A DNA stretch of 51,799 nucleotides from a virus, in the IMG/VR virus record IMGVR_UViG_3300025141_000053, positions 32,001 to 83,799 of that record; one strand, 5' to 3'. The notes beneath the pieces were generated by a model. That model searched no databases. It was not told where the DNA came from and was given only the letters and a program-made list of their open reading frames with translations. Position numbers and translations under genes: made by a program. Below, piece after piece: positions 46,308 to 51,799 of the stretch (its first letter is position 1; each line of letters begins with the position of its first letter).

Positions 46308-49300
46308 AAAAAGAAAAATTATTAGATCTTGTAAAAAATGAAATGAAGAAAAGAAAAATTGATGTGTCTCAAAATGTTGATGATAACTATCGTACACAAT
46401 TTGATGGACAGCTTTGGGGTAAAGATTTTCAAGATCCAGAAACCGGATTATATGGTGATCCTCCTTCTGGAGATAGTGGGGTTATTACTAATCCTCCACC
46501 AATGGGGATGTTTTCCACAAGAACTGCTCAGAAACTTCTTGAAAGAATATGGACATTCGGAGAATTATGTAAGTTTGCTGTTGAAGATGATGAAGAAGAA
46601 GATGTAAATATTATAGATGTAGAAACAGTTGAGGAAGATTTAGAAGTAGATGAAGAAGGCGTCGTTGAACCAAAGCCATTTTCTCCTAAAAAAATAGTAG
46701 AATATATTCCTGCGCCACAACCGGCTAAAGCAATATCTTCAGAGGAGACTGAGGATTTCACATATGTTAAAAAGCCCCAAGTGAAAGAGGTTATAGAAGA
46801 GCCGGTAGTAGAAGAGGAAAAGACTGAAGAAGAGCCGGTAGTAGAAGAGGAAAAGACTGAAGAAGAGCCGGTAGTAGAAGAGGAAAAGACTGAAGAAGAA
46901 TTAAAAAAGGAATTGAAAGACCAAGAACTTCAGGAACAACTGGCGTCATTTTTAGAAGATCTCGATGACGAAGACTCTGACGATTCGGAAATTGATGACG
47001 ACAATCCTCTAAATAGTATGACGTTTGATGATTCCATTCCTGAATATATATCTGAGGAAGAAATTGAAAAACGCAGAGTTTATATGGAAAAAGTACATGG
47101 CATTCATGGAAGAAGTTATGCTGGATATTCTGAACTTATGAAAAGCGAATTTGGTTTGATTCCAGTAGACCAGCCAACTTTAGGAGACAAGAGAGAAGAG
47201 TTGAGTGACTTACCAGATGAAGAGACCGATCATTATTTTAACAAGAAAACACTTGGATCTCGTGAGGCGATTGATGAGTTATTTAGTTTGGGTACTACTT
47301 GGAGAGAACTGGGTAGACGATTAAAAGAAAATCCTGATTTTATATCATATCGTATTTTGCCAATGTTAACATTAATAGTTGGGAAAAGTGTTATAAAGAA
47401 AATTGTTAATTCTAGATATTTCTCGAAAGACCATAGTTCCATTTTCATAAGAGGTGTTAAGATACCTGTGGGAACAATTTGGATATATGGTCCTGGAATC
47501 AAAATACAGAGACCCGCACCAGAAGTTATTATTTTTGCACAAAAAGAAATACCTAAAATTTTAAAAGTTTATTTAGAAAATGGCTCGTCAAGCCCGCCCA
47601 AGGCTCCGATAATGGGCTATTTAACTAAGGCATTAGTAAATAACTTAAGCAACCATTTAGTAAGAGATACGGGAAATACTGTCTTAAAAACCAGACCAAC
47701 TTGCTCATTTTGTAATTTAAATAGAGGAAAAATTACAACTGACATGAAGTATGAGGGAGGATCTGGAAAGAAGCCATTGGAACCTGTTAGTCGAGGAAAA
47801 TATTTCTGTCCAAGATGCTATCAATATATCAGACATATGGAAAATAAGATGGATGAATTTAAAAAAGAGATGGACGAGACAAAATATATAATTGAACAGG
47901 CTCGTGCTTCTAATATGTTAGAAGTGGCAGAAGATCGGGAAGTTGTGTTAGCAGGACAAGAGCATAAAATGAAGGCCCTGGCTGACAGACATTGGGCTGC
48001 TAAAATATTTGCTAGACCGTCGAGGCAGCATATTGTTTGTCCAGAAGATTCATGTAGCGGTAGACAGAAAACTATAAATAATGAATATATGCCATCAAGA
48101 ATTCCTATTTCTTGTGTACACTGGGATCATCCATATTTTAGTGCGATTGACACAGAAACAAAAATGCAGGTAGAAAAAAAATTACTTACTTTTGGTGTTC
48201 AACCACCAGTTCAAACAGCAGATGATGCTCAAGTAGATGTTCCAAAAGATAGAATAAATTATAAAAATGTATTCATGGCTCCAGAAATATTATCTGAAGT
48301 TCCATTTAAGTGCCCATTTTGTTTTAATGTTTTCACGCCAAATTCGGCAAAAAATAAGGCAAATGGATGGGGTGGTTTGTTTATCAGACCAAGAGTTATT
48401 AAGTGGAATGAACCAGAACCATTTACTTTTCTTGATGAATGGGAAAACTTACAACCTTCTGCAGAAAAAGGAAATGAGGAAAATGATAAAAAGACACATT
48501 TTATTATTCCCCAACATTTTATTGAGTTGCTATTATTTGAGTTGACAAGACAAAGTAATAGTGTAAATACTAGACTCATATCAATGTCTCAAAAGAAATT
48601 ACCACCACAAAAAGAAATATCTGAACTTAAAAGGATGGGAAAATTGCTTGATGGTATTATTTCAAAAATTCATAATGATTTAAAATATCCAGAAAAAGAA
48701 TCGAAATTTGTCAACTCTTTTGGTAAATGGTTCTTTTTTAGAAGAGAAACTGGCGGCACGAAGAAGGACACCGACTTATATCCAATTTTTTCAAGCATAG
48801 TTGCTGATGACTTAGACTCTGTTGTAGATAATTTCGAAAGTGTAAAAGGAAATGAGACAGAGATAATGAAAGAGTTGGAAGAAAAACTTGGCCCCGGATT
48901 GACATTTGGAGGATTTAGAGGTGCGGCAAATGTGCTAAATAATATCCCTCAATTTGGAAATGTTAAAAAATCCCAATTAAGACCATATTTTGGTTTTGTT
49001 GGCCAAGTAGATGGCAATGGTATTGTTAGAGTGCCAGGTGTTATAGGCAACAAAAAATTTAAAACAGAAAATATAATTATCGGTGATGTGCTTTTTGCCA
49101 AGAATCTTGGAAATGATTGCCCCAACAAAGTTGTAAGTTTCAAGCCAGATTTATTTTCTGGAGAATTTTTAGATAGAAAACTAATTACAGTATTTTCTAG
49201 AAAAGTAGACATGAGCAGATTTTTTGATGTTAGTAAAGAGATCATGGAACAAATTGAAGAAATGAGAAAGAAATATGTTCGTGCTGGAACTCCAACAGGA

Positions 49301-51799
49301 GATCATTTCACAAAGCAACCAAAGCTTTTTACATTATTTGTATTACAACAGCACAGAAATGAAGAGAATATAAAAGAATTGCTTGAAAATATGAATGAAA
49401 TTTATTCTGCTGGACCTGTACGTGGATTTAGAGCAAGAGCCGCTGATGCTTATTTTAGAAAATGTTTAGAAAAGGCCATAGAGAAGTACAAACTTCCAGA
49501 AGATGATATCACATTAGAAGAGGGAAATTACGTATATGTTTATTGTATGTTTGTAAACAGACAAAATATGTCCAGAAAATACTTTTATAATATTTCTGGA
49601 AGACTTGGTTCTGGTACAAGAATAACAGAAAAATTATATAGTGATGCTAATAATGAATTATATAAGAGAATGAAAAATCCTGAGCATAAAAATAATGAAT
49701 GGTTTAATGGATATTTAAAAACTTTAGAATTATATGGGATAGATCCACCAGATATTTCTCTTCCAAAAAATACAGTTGAAGAAGTTATAAAAAGTGAGTC
49801 TTCATTGAAAAATAGATTTGTAAGATCCTCTTTGAAACAATATAAACAAAAAAGGGATTTTGACCATCAAGGACGTAAAGGTAGTATTGTAAAAACATTA
49901 AAAACTTTTAACAGGCTTGGTGCTAAAACTTTCAATGTAAAACGTTTTGTTTTAAATAAAAAAGCTTCTATGATTCAAAATCCGCCATTATTAGAAAATA
50001 AGATTTTGGATTGGGCCGTTAACTATTTCAATTATAGAGTAAAAGAAGAATGTGAAGTTATCATGGGCATGAGAAAAGACCCTGATTTTTTTGAGAAACA
50101 ATTAAAAATTTTGATTAAAACATATTCTGTTGATAATATTGACAATATAGATCTAACTATCCCAAAACATCATATTTCTTTTTATAAAAACATAAAAACT
50201 GAAAAAGGAAATGTTGCTGGAGAAGTTACAAAAAAAGAAATAGTTTTTTCTCCTACACATAATTTTCTAAATTGCATCACTAATATAGCACATTATCGGC
50301 CTAATAAGATGCTTTATTTTAATAAAGTAGAGGACGCGTTAGAAACTCTAAATAAGTTACTTCTAGACGAGCTTTTTCAAAGCGATATATATTTTGGTGA
50401 TTTTCAATTAAATGTTATTAACGATTTTTCAGTTTCAGAAATTTACAATTTGGTAAAAAATGCTAAATTAGAAGAACATGAGAAAAGAATAGAAATTAAT
50501 GACAGCATTTTATCTGGATGGAAATATTCTTATAACGCCCCTGTTAAAGGTAACTTATTTGTGAAAATTTTAGAAAAAAAAGGTAAGGCATCGGTAAGTT
50601 CAGAAATAGGAAAATCATTTCCAGCAACCCTTAAAATTCCAATTTTAACTTATAAATATGATGTTTTTATTGACCGACAAAAAGGAGAGTTTACAAATCC
50701 TCCTACGGTAGAAAAATATTTAAAATCATTAGAAGATTTTAAAGATATTGTTATTCATGAAATAATGCATGTTTCTCAACATATTTTACAGGACACTAAG
50801 TTTGATGTTGTAAGTCGCAAAATTAAGCATAAGGACTCTGACTCTGATACCATGAGGGCGTTTTTTGGAAAGGAAAGGGCCCATTTGGAGCGTGATATAG
50901 AGTTTTTTCCAGACATTTTTTCACTTTCAAGACTATATGAAAGCGTAGAAGAAGTTTTAAAGCGCGATGATATGAAAAAATTATTAGAAAAAGATCCTGA
51001 AAGATGGAGGGAGTTTGTAAAGCAATTATATAAACAAATGGATGAGTTGGGAAAGTCAACTAAAATGGAGTCAAAATATTCTATAAAAGAGGCTTTAAAT
51101 ACTAGAAGAAGTAAAGTAAAAATTGCTGCCAAGAAATATTCTAGTATGATTGAAAAAATAGTAAATTCTTCTTTAACCCAATATAAATCCAAACGGGATT
51201 TTAATGAAACATTAGAGCCTGAAGGAAAAGAATATAAAGATAAAAATAAATATAGATTTGTAATTCAAGACCATTTTGCTGATAAAGCTGGACGCCATTT
51301 TGATTTAAGGTTAGAAAATAATGAAGGAACGTTATCGAGTTGGGCAATACCAAAGCATAAATTGCCTAGCGGAAAAGCAAAACTCTTGGCTGTAAAAACT
51401 GAAGATCATCCAATTTCTTATAATAAATTTGAGGGAGAAATCCCAAATGGATATGGTAAAGGACATATGAAGATTTATGATTCTGGAAATTATGAAGAGA
51501 TTGAGTCTAAAAAAGATAGTATTATTTTCAAATTAAACGGAAAAAAAGAAACGGGCTCATATACATTATTTAATACTGATGAAAGTCAGTGGTTAATAAT
51601 GCAACATAAAAAAGAAAAAGAAGCATCTCGGTTTGATCAAATATATAAGTTGGCCGTTCCTTCTGATGCTAGAGTTTTAGAAAATATAAATCTAAAAAAA
51701 TTAAAGGAGAGCAATCCTCTAACACCAAATGGGGATGAATTACAAAATTATTATTCAAAAATGAATGAAATGGCCAAGTCTGGTCCAGAATATTCTAAA
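46304..51799 (+). CDS. Second giant modular protein (>1832 aa, 3'-truncated; not in the ORF track) with Zn fingers, an HExxH module and a LigD 3'-phosphoesterase domain
   Basis: ATGA overlap with the upstream stop and GGAG SD. The same frame reads sensibly at the start, middle and end, and no terminated ORF is listed in this frame. CSFC..CPRC, CPFC; HEIMH 50756-50770; YKSKRDFNETLEP..FVIQDHFA..HFDLRLE..SWAIPK..LAVKTEDHP..FEGEIPNGYGKG (~51180-51600); linker EASRFDQIYKLA. Confidence 0.85.
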   Translation, partial: MKKEKLLDLVKNEMKKRKIDVSQNVDDNYRTQFDGQLWGKDFQDPETGLYGDPPSGDSGVITNPPPMGMFSTRTAQKLLERIWTFGELCKFAVEDDEEEDVNIIDVETVEEDLEVDEEGVVEPKPFSPKKIVEYIPAPQPAKAISSEETEDFTYVKKPQVKEVIEEPVVEEEKTEEEPVVEEEKTEEEPVVEEEKTEEELKKELKDQELQEQLASFLEDLDDEDSDDSEIDDDNPLNSMTFDDSIPEYISEEEIEKRRVYMEKVHGIHGRSYAGYSELMKSEFGLIPVDQPTLGDKREELSDLPDEETDHYFNKKTLGSREAIDELFSLGTTWRELGRRLKENPDFISYRILPMLTLIVGKSVIKKIVNSRYFSKDHSSIFIRGVKIPVGTIWIYGPGIKIQRPAPEVIIFAQKEIPKILKVYLENGSSSPPKAPIMGYLTKALVNNLSNHLVRDTGNTVLKTRPTCSFCNLNRGKITTDMKYEGGSGKKPLEPVSRGKYFCPRCYQYIRHMENKMDEFKKEMDETKYIIEQARASNMLEVAEDREVVLAGQEHKMKALADRHWAAKIFARPSRQHIVCPEDSCSGRQKTINNEYMPSRIPISCVHWDHPYFSAIDTETKMQVEKKLLTFGVQPPVQTADDAQVDVPKDRINYKNVFMAPEILSEVPFKCPFCFNVFTPNSAKNKANGWGGLFIRPRVIKWNEPEPFTFLDEWENLQPSAEKGNEENDKKTHFIIPQHFIELLLFELTRQSNSVNTRLISMSQKKLPPQKEISELKRMGKLLDGIISKIHNDLKYPEKESKFVNSFGKWFFFRRETGGTKKDTDLYPIFSSIVADDLDSVVDNFESVKGNETEIMKELEEKLGPGLTFGGFRGAANVLNNIPQFGNVKKSQLRPYFGFVGQVDGNGIVRVPGVIGNKKFKTENIIIGDVLFAKNLGNDCPNKVVSFKPDLFSGEFLDRKLITVFSRKVDMSRFFDVSKEIMEQIEEMRKKYVRAGTPTGDHFTKQPKLFTLFVLQQHRNEENIKELLENMNEIYSAGPVRGFRARAADAYFRKCLEKAIEKYKLPEDDITLEEGNYVYVYCMFVNRQNMSRKYFYNISGRLGSGTRITEKLYSDANNELYKRMKNPEHKNNEWFNGYLKTLELYGIDPPDISLPKNTVEEVIKSESSLKNRFVRSSLKQYKQKRDFDHQGRKGSIVKTLKTFNRLGAKTFNVKRFVLNKKASMIQNPPLLENKILDWAVNYFNYRVKEECEVIMGMRKDPDFFEKQLKILIKTYSVDNIDNIDLTIPKHHISFYKNIKTEKGNVAGEVTKKEIVFSPTHNFLNCITNIAHYRPNKMLYFNKVEDALETLNKLLLDELFQSDIYFGDFQLNVINDFSVSEIYNLVKNAKLEEHEKRIEINDSILSGWKYSYNAPVKGNLFVKILEKKGKASVSSEIGKSFPATLKIPILTYKYDVFIDRQKGEFTNPPTVEKYLKSLEDFKDIVIHEIMHVSQHILQDTKFDVVSRKIKHKDSDSDTMRAFFGKERAHLERDIEFFPDIFSLSRLYESVEEVLKRDDMKKLLEKDPERWREFVKQLYKQMDELGKSTKMESKYSIKEALNTRRSKVKIAAKKYSSMIEKIVNSSLTQYKSKRDFNETLEPEGKEYKDKNKYRFVIQDHFADKAGRHFDLRLENNEGTLSSWAIPKHKLPSGKAKLLAVKTEDHPISYNKFEGEIPNGYGKGHMKIYDSGNYEEIESKKDSIIFKLNGKKETGSYTLFNTDESQWLIMQHKKEKEASRFDQIYKLAVPSDARVLENINLKKLKESNPLTPNGDELQNYYSKMNEMAKSGPEYSK
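46796..46894 (+). repeat. 33-nt perfect tandem repeat x3 encoding EEPVVEEEKTE
   Basis: gaagagccggtagtagaagaggaaaagactgaa occurs three times. Confidence 0.97.

Noticed and set aside
876-51192. All minus-strand ORFs and short nested plus-strand ORFs in the track (e.g. 3449, 21175, 29548, 46359, 48267)
   Set aside because: They are shadows of long plus-strand genes, with no recognisable motifs or SD. Only the nested ORF in the intein has a coherent domain and SD.
1-51799. Stop-codon reassignment as seen in some huge phages
   Set aside because: Genes are intact under code 11. TAA, TAG and TGA all end genes at sensible positions followed by an SD and start. Reading through TAG at 16698 in frame does not give the conserved domain; the -1 frame does.
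1-51799. tRNA/rRNA genes
   Set aside because: Intergenic gaps are short and none shows a cloverleaf with a T-loop GTTCRA or rRNA-like sequence by eye. A tRNAscan run would settle this.

Overview
This A+T-rich window is densely coded, all on the + strand, and uses the standard genetic code. It most likely comes from a jumbo (huge) tailed dsDNA bacteriophage. The left third (1-14.7 kb) is a chaperone/replication/recombination block: trigger factor (5'-truncated), GroES-like, intein-containing DnaE, UvsY-like, gp32-like SSB, RuvC-like, DnaJ, RecA, DnaG core and a sigma-region-4-like HTH protein. The rest is a head/packaging region: many hypotheticals, a CCA/poly(A)-polymerase-family enzyme, terminase large subunit, portal, and two giant back-to-back polyvalent genes (4150 aa and >1832 aa, the latter missing from the ORF track). 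Three observations stand out. (1) The giant proteins are strings of enzyme modules separated by a repeated linker, (A/G)SR(L/F/I)DxIxK(L/I/V)A. This aligns with the second half of a ~31-aa leader shared by several head-region proteins, suggesting a capsid-targeting / protease-processed cargo system. (2) The DnaE intein begins with Thr and carries a Vsr/DUF559-like endonuclease in the +1 frame with its own Shine-Dalgarno, while the intein frame stays open, so the region is dual-coding. (3) A likely programmed -1 frameshift (A AAA AAG TAG plus a GC hairpin) appends an unannotated 96-aa DUF6582-like domain. All family assignments come from motif recognition by eye; no searches were run.
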